Assembly (NCBI GenBank): GCA_963766735.1 | Contig: CAVYBU010000028.1 | Coordinates: 1-14,548 of the forward strand | DNA length: 14,548 bases | Origin: an uncultured Chloroflexia bacterium | GTDB lineage: Bacteria; Chloroflexota; Limnocylindria; Limnocylindrales; CSP1-4 | Direction: 5' to 3' | Shown here: piece by piece, positions 1 through 8,252 of the stretch | Layout of the letters: every line of letters starts with the position of its first letter | Position numbering within the stretch: position 1 is the stretch's first letter | Notes under the pieces: model-generated | The model's input: only the letters and a program-made list of their open reading frames with translations | The model's database searches: none | Told to the model about the DNA's origin: nothing | Translations under genes and position numbers: made by a program

Positions 1-181
1 AGCGCGCGCCGAGTTCGCGATCGTCCGGCCGACGGGTCGGAGCTACACCACGTCCTTCAGTGTCATCGTCCTCGGGGCGCCGGCGGCTCGCTCAACCACT
101 TCGTGCCCTTCGTGGCCAGGTCCCATCATGCGGCCGCCACCGCTACGGGGATCGCCGACGTGACCTGATAGCGCCTCTGTG

Positions 182-1221
182 TCAAACGACGATGTGGTTC
201 TGGCGCCGAGCGTGGTCCTCGAGGAGATGGCGGTAGACGACGTTGGAGAGCTGGCGCTTGAGGCTGCGCTGGGCTTCTCTGGGGGTCTTCAGCTCGGCGA
301 TCTTGCGCTCGTAGTGATCTCGTCCCGGTCCGCCCCGGGTACACCTGAACGATCGCCGCCGTGTGCAGGGCGCTGTTGAGCTGGCGGTTGCCGGCTCGGT
401 TCAGGCGATGGCGGCGAAGGTCGCCGCTGGAGGCCTCGACGGGGGCCGTTCCGGTGTAGCTCGCGAAGTGCGCCTTGGACGCGAAGCGGGTGATGTCGCC
501 GGCGTGGCCGATGATCTTGGGCCGCCAGGATGAAGCCGATGCCGAGCACCTCGGGCAACGACGAGCGGGCGGCGATCACCGCCTCCTCGATCTCCTTGGC
601 CAGCTGCTTGAGCTGGAGATCGGCCCGCCGCAGATCGTCGATGAGCTGGCGGGCGATCCGCTTGCGCTGGTGATCGGTGGTCGTCATCGGACGCACCTTG
701 GCGAGGAAGACGCGCGCGGCGGCCGTAGAGATCTGTCGGGGCGCCCCGCCGGCAACAAGCTCCCGCAGCAGGACCTGGAGGCGATTCATGGTGCGTGTGC
801 GCTGGGCGACGATGTCATCTCGCCGGTCCGACAGCAGACGCAGGACAGTGGTGTCGTCCTCGGCGTGGACCACGGACAGCTTCGGGTTGTGGATGGCGAC
901 CGAGGCGACCGAGGCGCCATCGGTCAGATCTGTCTTTCGGGAACTGCCCGAGCCCAGCAGGCGAGCCCGTGCCGCCAGCGTGGCCGGGACGTCTACGACG
1001 TGCTCGCCTGCGGCCACCAGCGCCTGGGCAACGCCATGGCCAAGCCCGAGTGCGCCCTCCACCGCCCAGACCCGCACCGGCCAGCGCCGTGCCCAGGCGA
1101 TCAGCTCGTCCGCGGTCGTGGTCGTCGCGGCCAGCCGCCGCTGGCCGAGGAGCGTGCTGTTCGCATCGAGGGCGGCGGCGGTGAGGCTGGCCTTGTGGGG
1201 ATCGATGCCGATGGTGATCAC
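182..1221 (-). pseudogene. IS110 transposase/bridge recombinase A with two frameshifts (~521, ~340)
   Basis: GIDPHK, AVEG and RKTDLTD form the DEDD RuvC-like motifs. After the shifts it reads KIIGHAGDITRFASKAHFASYTGTAPVEASSG..HRLNRAGNRQLNSALH..HYERKIAELKTPREAQRSLKRQLSNVVYRHL, ending at TGA 182-184. GTG start with a GAGAGG RBS. Confidence 0.92.
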
Positions 1222-1224
1222 GCG

Positions 1225-1438
1225 ATGCCTCTCGTCGGGTGGAAGAAGCCCGCGACGGGCAGCCTGACTTCAGGGGGTCACACGCCTCTGTTGAGCCACG
1301 TCACGGCGGGCGCCGAGTGGATTGGGCGGGCTATCAGCGAGTCACCCGAGGGGACAAGGAGCGATGCGAGCCACCCACCCGGCGCCCTGAGCACGCTAGG
1401 GCTGCAGACCCAGCGGCATGGGCTCATCCAAACAAGTC
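1225..1438 (-). ncRNA. Putative bridge RNA of IS110-A
   Basis: About 215 nt non-coding left end. It contains target guides CGCTCCT (1357-1363) and CTGATAG (1331-1337), then donor guides ACAGAGGCG (1283-1291) and AAGTCAG (1264-1270), in the canonical LTG-RTG-LDG-RDG order. Confidence 0.85.
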
Positions 1439-1511
1439 AGGAGCGTGGCTGCGCCCCCACTGATGTGTGCCCACCGGCCGGTCCTGTCACCCGCTCACGA
1501 CGAGAGGCGAC

Positions 1512-2574
1512 ATGGACATGGTGATGATCGGGATCGACGCCCACAAGCGAACGCATACCGCGGTGGCGATCGACGAGCGCGGGCGCCAGCTGGCGAGCCG
1601 CACGACCGAGGCGACGACGAGCGCCGCCAACCTGGAGCTCGTCCGTTGGGCTGACGGGCTCGACCCTGATCGGGTCTGGGCGGTCGAGGACTGCCGGCAG
1701 CTCTCGCGTCGCCTGGAGGCAGACCTGCTCGCAGCCGGCAGGCGGATCGTGCGGGTCCCGCCCAAGCTCATGGCCCACGCGCGCGACGCCGCCCGCAGCT
1801 ACGGCAAGTCCGACCCGATCGACGCCCTGGCGATCGCCCGCGCCGCCGCCCGTGAGCCCGATCTGCCGGTCGCCCACCTCGATGAGGTCGCCCGCGCCCT
1901 GCGGCTGCTGGTTGACCACCGCGAGGACCTGCTGGCCGAGCGAACCCGCCACATCAACCGCCTTCGCTGGCATCTGCACGAGATCGATCCCGCCTGGGAT
2001 CCCAAGCCGCAGGCGCTCATCACCTACAAGCATCTGGCCCATCTGCACCGACCGGCTCGAGGGCCTGGAGAGCGTCGTCGGCGCGGTCGCGCTCGACCTC
2101 GTCGCACGGGTCCGGGCGCTCACCTTCGACATCCGGCGCCTCGAGACCGAGATCGCTGAGCGCACCGCGAAGGTCGCACCGGCGCTCCTTCGGGTTCACG
2201 GTGTGGCGGCCCTGTCGGCGGCCAAGATCATCGGCGAGGTCGCCGGGGTGGCGCGCTTTCGCTCCCGCCACGCCTTCGCGCGCCACAACGGCACGGCGCC
2301 GCTTCCGGTGTGGTCGGGCAACCGCCGCCGCCATCGGCTCTCGCGAAGCGGCAACCGCCAGCTGAACGCCGCCCTGCATCGGATCGCCGTCACCCAGGCG
2401 CGCGCCTTCCCCGAGGCGATGGCCTACCTCGAGCGCCGCCAGGCCGACGGCAACACCCGCACCGAGGCGATCAGGGCTCTGAAGCGACGGCTCTCCGACG
2501 TCGTCTTCCGCGCCCTCGTGGCCGACGCCGCCGCTGCCGCCGACGGAGGTCAGCCCGGCGGCCGATTGACATAG
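1512..2574 (+). pseudogene. IS110 transposase B with one frameshift (~2047)
   Basis: GIDAHK, AVED and GKSDPIDA in ORF 1467-2159. It continues in ORF 1852-2574 as AKIIGEVAGVARF..GTAPLPVWSG..HRLSRSGNRQLNAALH..AIRALKRRLSDVV. GAGAGG RBS before ATG 1512. Confidence 0.92.
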
Positions 2575-2717
2575 GAGTGATGGGGCCTAACTACCGGGAC
2601 ACCCGGCAACCGACGACTCTACGAAGGTCGCCGACCACTCCATTCTGTCTAGGACCCCGATCTTTGCTCAACGCTTCTCAGAACGCGGGGGCGACAAGCA
2701 GTGTCCGGTCCGCATCT

Positions 2718-4142
2718 CTAGCCCGTGGGTTCGAGCGGCGGCACCGGAATCTGCATCGGCTCGCGCTCTTCAGGGTCCGGCAGGCGCCCGTCGCGCAGGG
2801 CGCCGAGGAGCTCCAGCGGGTCATGCACGAACCAGGTGCTCTGGGTCTGACCCGTGCGCTGGGCGGTGAGAAGGGCCGCCTCATAGGAGAGGACCTCATC
2901 CAGGTATTGGATGGCGGGCCGGCGTTCGGCGAGAAAGGCTGCAAACCCCTCAGCCTCACGCGTGGCAAAGAGCTCGGGATCGGTCGTGCCCCAATGCTCC
3001 TCCATCAAGGACCACAGGCCGGCCTTGCCGAGGTTCACGACGATCAACTGGCACGTGAGGGGCATGGTTCCGATGCACATCCCAGCCCGTGCCTCAAGTG
3101 AGAGCTGGCGAGTCAGACCCAGCCCGGGATCCGCCTGCAGCTGCCTTTCGAGATCGCTTGTGGCCAGCCTGCCAGTGAGGAGGTTACCAAGGGTGGCCTC
3201 CCACTCGTCGGGCGACGGCCCGGGCGGTGGGGCGCTCTCGATCCGCGTCGGCAACGGGTGCGGATGGTGGGGACCAGCTCCGCCTAGATCACGTAGCTGC
3301 CAGATCTCGCCGAGGGACACCAGTTGGGCGGCGACCCCCTCGAGACCGAGCCGTCCGATCATCTCCGTCTCAAGCTCGAAAGTGATGGCGCGCAGGTTCG
3401 GAAGCAGCGGCACCGCCACGCGCGCGAGCTCGAGCAGGGGCTCATCGAGAAAGCCCGAGTGGGAGTCGAGCAGGTAGCCGTTCAGCTCCATCCCCGCGGC
3501 TACGTGGATCTCCCAGACCCGCTCCAGAGGTAGCTCGGAGATGAACTCGAGAGCTGGCTGGCGGCCGTTGGTCTCGTTCACGTGCAGGTTGTGGAGATCG
3601 AGCAGGATCCCGCAGTCCGCCGCGTCGGCGATCGCCGCGACGAATGAGCCATCGGGGATCTCGTCGGGTCGCGGCTTCAGATAGCTGACGCCGGTCTCCA
3701 CGGCGAACGGCACCGGCAGATCGGCTGCGAGCCGGCGTATCGCGTTGGCCGCCCGATCCACGCCCTCGGTACTCTGGCGCAAGGGGAGCATCCAGCCGGC
3801 GCAGCTCGTGTCGTCGCCTCGGCGGACCGTGTTGAAGCCGAGATGCTCGCTCGCCCAGGGGGCCTCGAGGTCTTCGATGAAGCGGCGCAGCAGATCCACC
3901 GCGATGGGGTCAGGATCACACGCTCCCCCGAGCGGGAACCCGACCCCATGCACGAGGACTCGCTGCGGTAGCGCCGCCAGGCGCTCGATCGCTCCCCGGC
4001 GAACTCGATAGCCGTCGTCGGTCGCCGTCCACAAGGTCTGCGGCTCGACCTCGACCATGGTCGCGAGCGCGGTGTCGTCCTCGAGTAGCGGCGACAGCGC
4101 ACTGGACCACACGATACCCACTCCGAGTTCGGGGAGCTTCAT
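2718..4142 (-). CDS. DUF692 / multinuclear non-heme iron oxidative enzyme (MNIO; MbnB/TglH/ChrH family) with a fused C-terminal DUF2063-like partner domain
   Basis: Iron-ligand motifs appear in the family order: LVHG, WASEHL, AVET, LLDLHN, EIHVAAG, LDSH, FELE. A Pro/His linker follows, then ~170 aa with MP..LG..L..P..F..FL...YL.EV..YEAA. Confidence 0.9.
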   Translation of the reverse strand: MKLPELGVGIVWSSALSPLLEDDTALATMVEVEPQTLWTATDDGYRVRRGAIERLAALPQRVLVHGVGFPLGGACDPDPIAVDLLRRFIEDLEAPWASEHLGFNTVRRGDDTSCAGWMLPLRQSTEGVDRAANAIRRLAADLPVPFAVETGVSYLKPRPDEIPDGSFVAAIADAADCGILLDLHNLHVNETNGRQPALEFISELPLERVWEIHVAAGMELNGYLLDSHSGFLDEPLLELARVAVPLLPNLRAITFELETEMIGRLGLEGVAAQLVSLGEIWQLRDLGGAGPHHPHPLPTRIESAPPPGPSPDEWEATLGNLLTGRLATSDLERQLQADPGLGLTRQLSLEARAGMCIGTMPLTCQLIVVNLGKAGLWSLMEEHWGTTDPELFATREAEGFAAFLAERRPAIQYLDEVLSYEAALLTAQRTGQTQSTWFVHDPLELLGALRDGRLPDPEEREPMQIPVPPLEPTG

Positions 4143-4150
4143 CGAAAGGC

Positions 4151-4402
4151 CTACTGGCCCGGCAGGCCGAAGCTCGGCACCTCGGTGAGCTGCAGCTTCG
4201 GTCCCACGACGACATCGTTCATGTGGAGGAAGGCGAAGTTGCGTCCGGAGAAGCAGCTCGGACAGCCTGAGAGCTTCAGGAGGTTCTCAGTGAGCTGGTG
4301 AACCTGCGCTATATCCATTGGTGCCGCTGGCAGGTGGACATTGATGGTAGGGACGGCCTGCCCCAGCGCCACTCCCTGCTGGGACTGCTGGATTCGCTGC
4401 AT
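4151..4402 (-). CDS. Putative MNIO-modified RiPP precursor peptide with a GCPSCFSG core (83 aa; alternative start 4435)
   Basis: Small ORF ending 8 nt upstream of the MNIO start on the same strand. Its only two Cys form a CxxC (motif at 4244-4267). A GAAGGG RBS precedes ATG 4402. Confidence 0.75.
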   Translation of the reverse strand: MQRIQQSQQGVALGQAVPTINVHLPAAPMDIAQVHQLTENLLKLSGCPSCFSGRNFAFLHMNDVVVGPKLQLTEVPSFGLPGQ

Positions 4403-4778
4403 GACGTTCCCTTCGTTTCGGTTTCTGCTTGCCATGTTGGAGACGAGTGCCGATCACGGTACGGCTGACGCTCAGGCGCTGGCAATCACCCCGAAATGGG
4501 CCGTGATCCCTAGCTGCGACCGCTTTTGGCGTTCGCCTGGTCCGGCTGTTTCACGATGCGCGCGGGGTCTCGGCCTGCGATTGACAGCTGGCCCCGAGGG
4601 GGGCCAGTCCTCGACGTCAACCAGAAGCACGTCCCCTCTCGATCAGCTCGTCCAGCTCGGCGAGTAGCGATCGGCCCTCTTCGTAGTGGTCGAACGGCAT
4701 GTCGTCGTCGCCCGGCCCCTCGGGATTTGAGAGAACCAGCAGCACGTTGAGCGCTTGGGCGACCGGCTCGAGCCCTAG

Positions 4779-6429
4779 CCCGGATCGTGCAACAGGCTCC
4801 GGGAATCACCTGTCGGGCATGACGTAGGGGCGCGATGGCGTCGTTCGCGGCAGGCGCGTCAACAAGAGCGGCTGCGGAGTGCTCGCGGGCGCTCTTGGGC
4901 ACGGCCTGGAGGGCGTTCGCGGCCAGGCGGGATCGCCCGCGCCGCCGACTCCTCGACCTCGCGAGGCCCCCCGCAGTCGCTACCCGGGAGCGGGCAAGGC
5001 GCGCAGCACCGAGAAGGCGGCGAGCAGATCGGCCGCCCACGGCCAGCGTGCGGGAAGGTGGAGCCGGATCCGTCGCCCCGAGCGGGTGATCCGCCCGGCG
5101 ACGTGCAGCAGCCGGTAGCGAAGGCGCTTGGGCTCACAGCGAGCGAGATCGCCGTCCAGAAGGAGCGTCTGGGCCCAGCTCATGAGGTCCTGGGCGATCA
5201 GCACCAGCTCCAGCCAGGCCGCGTTCGCGGTGAAGTCGCGAAAGGGCAGGTTGCGCAGCCCTGAGTCCTTGGCGGCGCGGATCGCGTCCTCGACCCTCGC
5301 CCGGGCCCGGTGGCGGGCCTCGAGGACGACCGGATCGCCCTCGTGGTTGGTCAGCATCACCTGGAAGCGGTGGCCGTCGGCATCGCTGAAGGTGAGCTGG
5401 GCGCCCGGGTGGGGACGCTCACGCCGACAGATCGCCCGCGATCCCTGGGGCCATCGCGACAGATCGAGGTCGCGAAGCTCGGTCACCCAGGCCCCCTCGC
5501 GCTCGGCGCCGTCTTGTCGGATCGCCGGTGCCCATGCGCTCTCAGGAAGCGCGAGGATCACCGCTCGAGCGCGCTCGTCGATGGGCATGCTCGCCGAGAA
5601 GGCGCACTCCATCTCGACAGCCGCCTCGATGAAGGCGTGGGTGCAGCCGGCCGAATCGGTGCGCACCAGAATCGGGGTGCCCTCGTCCTCACGTACCGCC
5701 TCGGGCAGCTGATCGAGCGCATCCACCAGCACCCCGATGTGGTCGGCGGCGGTGTTGGCGCCGGCGTTGCCGGGCCGAAGGACGCCCGCCAGGGGCTCAC
5801 CACCCAGGTAGCAGAGCATCGGATGGAAGCCGAAGCCGCGCTTGTAGGTGGGGGCGGCGCCCTCCTTGTCCGAGTGGGCGCTGAGCAGGGTCGCGTCGAT
5901 GTCGAGGACGATCTCGGTGGGCTGTGCGCCCAGAGCCCAGGCGCGCTCACGGGCGCGCGCCCGGGCGGCGCGGATCGCCACGAGGCGCTCGGCGTCGATC
6001 GAGTCGATCACCCGAAAGGCGGTCGAGTCCGAGGCGACCGCCCCGAACAGATCGACCTGATCGCGAAGGGCCCCCAGATCGGACAGGCAGTCGCCGCCGC
6101 CCGCGAGCATGACGGCCAGGTCGCGGACGACCCGCCCGGGGTCGTGGGCCGAAGGGCGCTCGCGAGTCGGCGCCAGCGCCGCGCCAAGGCCCGCTGTCAG
6201 CCCGAGCCGGTCTGCCAGCTCGCTGAGGAGGAGGCCCCCGGCGTGGGAGGCCACCGACGTGTCATCCGCGAGCACTTGTAGCGTCTTCTTGCACGTCCGA
6301 CGCATCACCTTCACGGTGATCCTCCTGGGCGGGGTGTGATCGAGATTCGACACCCCGATTCTCCCCGCCCAGTCGGACATCTCGGCGAACGCCCGACCTC
6401 AACCGCCGTCGGCTAACGAATGATCCGGG
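4779..6429 (-). mobile_element. IS1380-family insertion sequence, complete
   Basis: Terminal IRs CCCGGATCGTGC (from 4779) and CCCGGATCATTC (reverse, ending 6429). CTAG target duplication at 4775-4778 and 6430-6433. Confidence 0.92.
4980..6314 (-). CDS. IS1380-family DDE transposase (intact)
   Basis: Motifs SHAGGLLL, LDIDAT, KRGFGFHP, LRPGNAGAN, VRTDSAG, RRERPHPGAQL, HRARARVEDAIR and KRLRYRLLHVAGRI. AGGAGG RBS before GTG 6314. Confidence 0.95.
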   Translation of the reverse strand: MKVMRRTCKKTLQVLADDTSVASHAGGLLLSELADRLGLTAGLGAALAPTRERPSAHDPGRVVRDLAVMLAGGGDCLSDLGALRDQVDLFGAVASDSTAFRVIDSIDAERLVAIRAARARARERAWALGAQPTEIVLDIDATLLSAHSDKEGAAPTYKRGFGFHPMLCYLGGEPLAGVLRPGNAGANTAADHIGVLVDALDQLPEAVREDEGTPILVRTDSAGCTHAFIEAAVEMECAFSASMPIDERARAVILALPESAWAPAIRQDGAEREGAWVTELRDLDLSRWPQGSRAICRRERPHPGAQLTFSDADGHRFQVMLTNHEGDPVVLEARHRARARVEDAIRAAKDSGLRNLPFRDFTANAAWLELVLIAQDLMSWAQTLLLDGDLARCEPKRLRYRLLHVAGRITRSGRRIRLHLPARWPWAADLLAAFSVLRALPAPG

Positions 6430-6517
6430 CTAGTGGGTAGCGCCGTTCGCGGGCGAGGCGCACAAGGTGCGCATCAGGTGCGAGCACGAGCGCCACTTCG
6501 CCGTCCGGGTCGGATCT

Positions 6518-7534
6518 GACCAGTGCCTTCTCACCAACCGGGCAGGGATGGAGTGCTGTCGCCAGGTCGGTCGCAACGCCCGCCCGGTCACCCAGATGGC
6601 GGCCGAGCTCGGGGTCTGCTGGGACACGGTGGTGGGCGCGGTGCGCGAGCACGGCGAGCCCTTGGTCGAAGACCCGGAGCGGGTCGAGATCGTCAGGGCG
6701 CTTGGGGTGGACGAGACGACCTGGCTCTCGCCACCAAGGATCACGCGACGCTCTATGCCACCGGCCTGGTCGACCTCGACGCGAAGATCGTGATCGACGT
6801 CATCCCGGGAAACGCCAGCAAGGACCTGGGCTCCTGGCTCGACCGCCAGACCTCGGCGTGGCTCGGCCAGGTGCGGGTGGTCGCCACCGATCTGGCCGAG
6901 TCCTACCGCTCCGGCCCTGATGGCCGGCTCGATCACGCGACCCCGGTGGCCGACCCCTTCCACGTGGTGCGCCTGGCCAACCGCTGCCTCGATCAGGTCC
7001 GCCGCCGTGTCCAGCAGCCGCGGGGCGGCCACCGTGGAAGAAAGCGCGACCCGCTCTACTGGATCAGAAAGCTGATGCTGACGGGCGCCGGGCGCCTGGA
7101 GGGCCAAGGGCTCAGCGGATGCTCCTTGGCCTGCGGGCTGGCGACCCCGACCAGGAGGTGCTCGGGCCTGGCTGGCCAAGGAGTCGGTGCGCGACGCCTG
7201 CCTCACCGAGCACCCGGCCGACGCCGCGCTGCTGCCCGACAAGACGATCGAGGGCTGCCGCCTCGACCCTGTTCCCGAGATCCGTTCGCTCGGGCGGACC
7301 CTCGGCCGCTGGCGGACGGAGATCCTGAACCACCACACGACAGGCGCCTCGAACGGCCCCACCGAGGGCTGAACCTGCTCGTGAAGAAGGTCAAGCGCGC
7401 CGGCCACGGCTTTCGCTCCTTCGCCAACTATCGGCTGCGGATCCTGGTGCACGCCGGGGGCGTGGACTGGCCCGCGACGCGACCTCCGGCGCCGCACATC
7501 CGAAACCGCTCGCCCCAGTGAAACCAGAAGGACC
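6518..7534 (+). pseudogene. ISL3-family transposase remnant (5'-truncated, several frameshifts) with its right end
   Basis: Motifs AAELGVCWDTV, ALGVDET, VVATDL, ADPFHVVRLAN, GHRGRKRDPLY, SNGPTEG and KKVKRAGHGFRSFANYRLRIL across three frames. Stop at 7521, followed by a degenerate end GAAGGACC. Confidence 0.9.
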
Positions 7535-7735
7535 ACTATTGGTCTCGAGCGGCACGATGTCGGGGTTCGGGCCGAGGGTCTCCCCGGCGCTCCCCACCGC
7601 TGGGCTCCAGAGCGGGGGCCACGGCAAGTCACTCGCCAGCTCCTCGGGCTCGTCGGGGACAGGGCGAGCCGCGTCGGCGCGCACGCGATCCCGGGTCGTG
7701 TCGTCTCGGTCCGCTCCGCCGTCCCCGTTTGCCAT
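7535..7735 (-). pseudogene. N-terminal gene fragment truncated by ISL3
   Basis: ORF MANGDGGADRDD.. has a GAGGG RBS-like motif and runs into the ISL3 end. It may be the 5' part of the CHAT-like gene. Confidence 0.3.
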
Positions 7736-7757
7736 ATCGCCGCCGTCCCTCTATGCT

Positions 7758-8105
7758 CTATTGACTGAGTACGGTGAACTGATGATACCCACTGATCACC
7801 GACGCCATCGGCGGCAACTGCTGGGGAGCCCGCCCCGGGAGCGACGGCTGGAGTTCGGTGCCCACGACGCCTTCGCCCGGGAAGGTCTTGGAGACGGCCC
7901 CGAACCGCCGAAGACCCTCGGCGGCCGTCGCAGGGCCTCCGAGTCGGCGCAGGACGCGATTGGTCGCCGGGTTGCTCGACCACCCCGCCATCGCCTTCAG
8001 GTCGTAAGCGTAGGCCGCGGAGACGCTCGCGCCGCCCACGCGAAACCAAGGTTCTGGCGTTTGGAGGTCCGAATCCGCAGGCGCGTTTCGGGAAAACCCG
8101 ATCAC
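7758..8105 (-). pseudogene. Possible fragment of a serine hydrolase (class A beta-lactamase-like)
   Basis: DLKAMAGWSSNPATNRVLRRLGG resembles the M..SDN.ATN.L..RLGG segment. No SxxK or KTG motif is seen. Confidence 0.3.
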
Positions 8106-8252
8106 GCCCCCGCCTCATTGCGTTCTACTCGCTGCAGCCAACAAGGGGATTCGCGCCATGGAGAAGTCCAGCTCAACAGGCTGTGGTGGGGACGGCTCTA
8201 ACGAAGCAGAGCTTCTCGATCGGTCTCTTGGCGTCAAGAGGAGAGGCACACC

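Larger units (their letters stand above)
172..1440 (-). mobile_element. IS110-family element A, inserted at a CT core (AG on + at 170-171 and 1439-1440)
   Basis: On the minus strand the right end is TTGACACAGAGGCG|CT directly at the stop codon and the left end is CT|GACTTGTTTGGATG. There are no terminal IRs, and the 2-nt core is duplicated. Confidence 0.9.
54..1511 (+). ncRNA. Putative bridge RNA of IS110-B, split into 54-171 and 1441-1511
   Basis: Stem GGCGGCTCGC/GCGGCCGCC (82-91/130-138) encloses ACCAC (95-99) and CCCATCA (122-128), which match the flanks ACCAC..TGATGGG. ATAGGAG (168-171 + 1441-1443) and CACTGA (1458-1463) match the element's own ends. Confidence 0.65.
54..2578 (+). mobile_element. 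IS110-family element B (outer element, interrupted by IS110-A)
   Basis: The transposase at 1512-2574 is followed by the right end TTGACATAGGAG (2566-2577). The left non-coding end reconstitutes as 54-171 + 1441-1511 once IS110-A is removed. Junction positions are uncertain by a few nt (shared GT at 52-53 and 2577-2578). Confidence 0.75.
4590..6517 (-). pseudogene. CHAT-domain-like gene fragment split by IS1380 and truncated by ISL3
   Basis: Removing IS1380 restores an in-frame read SDPDGEVALVLAPDAHLVRLARERRYPLGLEPVAQALNVLLVLSNPEG. With shifts it continues DMPFDHYEEGRSLLAELDELIERG-DVLLVDVED, resembling the start of a CHAT domain. Confidence 0.45.

Noticed and set aside
475-1524. 349-aa plus-strand ORF and similar long ORFs (1437-2165, 5310-6281, 6430-8118, 12659-13573, 13225-14346)
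   Set aside because: These are antisense or shadow frames of recognisable genes in high-GC DNA and carry no family motifs.
2040-2055. Programmed ribosomal frameshift in the IS110 transposases
   Set aside because: No slippery heptamer is present, and IS110 enzymes are single-ORF proteins.
182-2574. Divergent IS110 pair as a composite transposon or two-gene system sharing a promoter
   Set aside because: Better explained as A nested in B's non-coding end, given the duplicated core and guide matches.
4151-4435. Methanobactin or bufferin precursor
   Set aside because: No MbnA-like short leader/core and no signal peptide. No mbnC, DoxX or sigma/anti-sigma genes are nearby.
4452-4508. Inverted repeat GATCACGG/CCGTGATC upstream of the precursor gene
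   Set aside because: 8-bp arms with a 41-nt gap are plausible by chance, and no recognisable riboswitch or operator is present.
7758-8105. Functional beta-lactamase resistance gene
   Set aside because: Only one motif-like segment, too short, and lacking SxxK and KTG.
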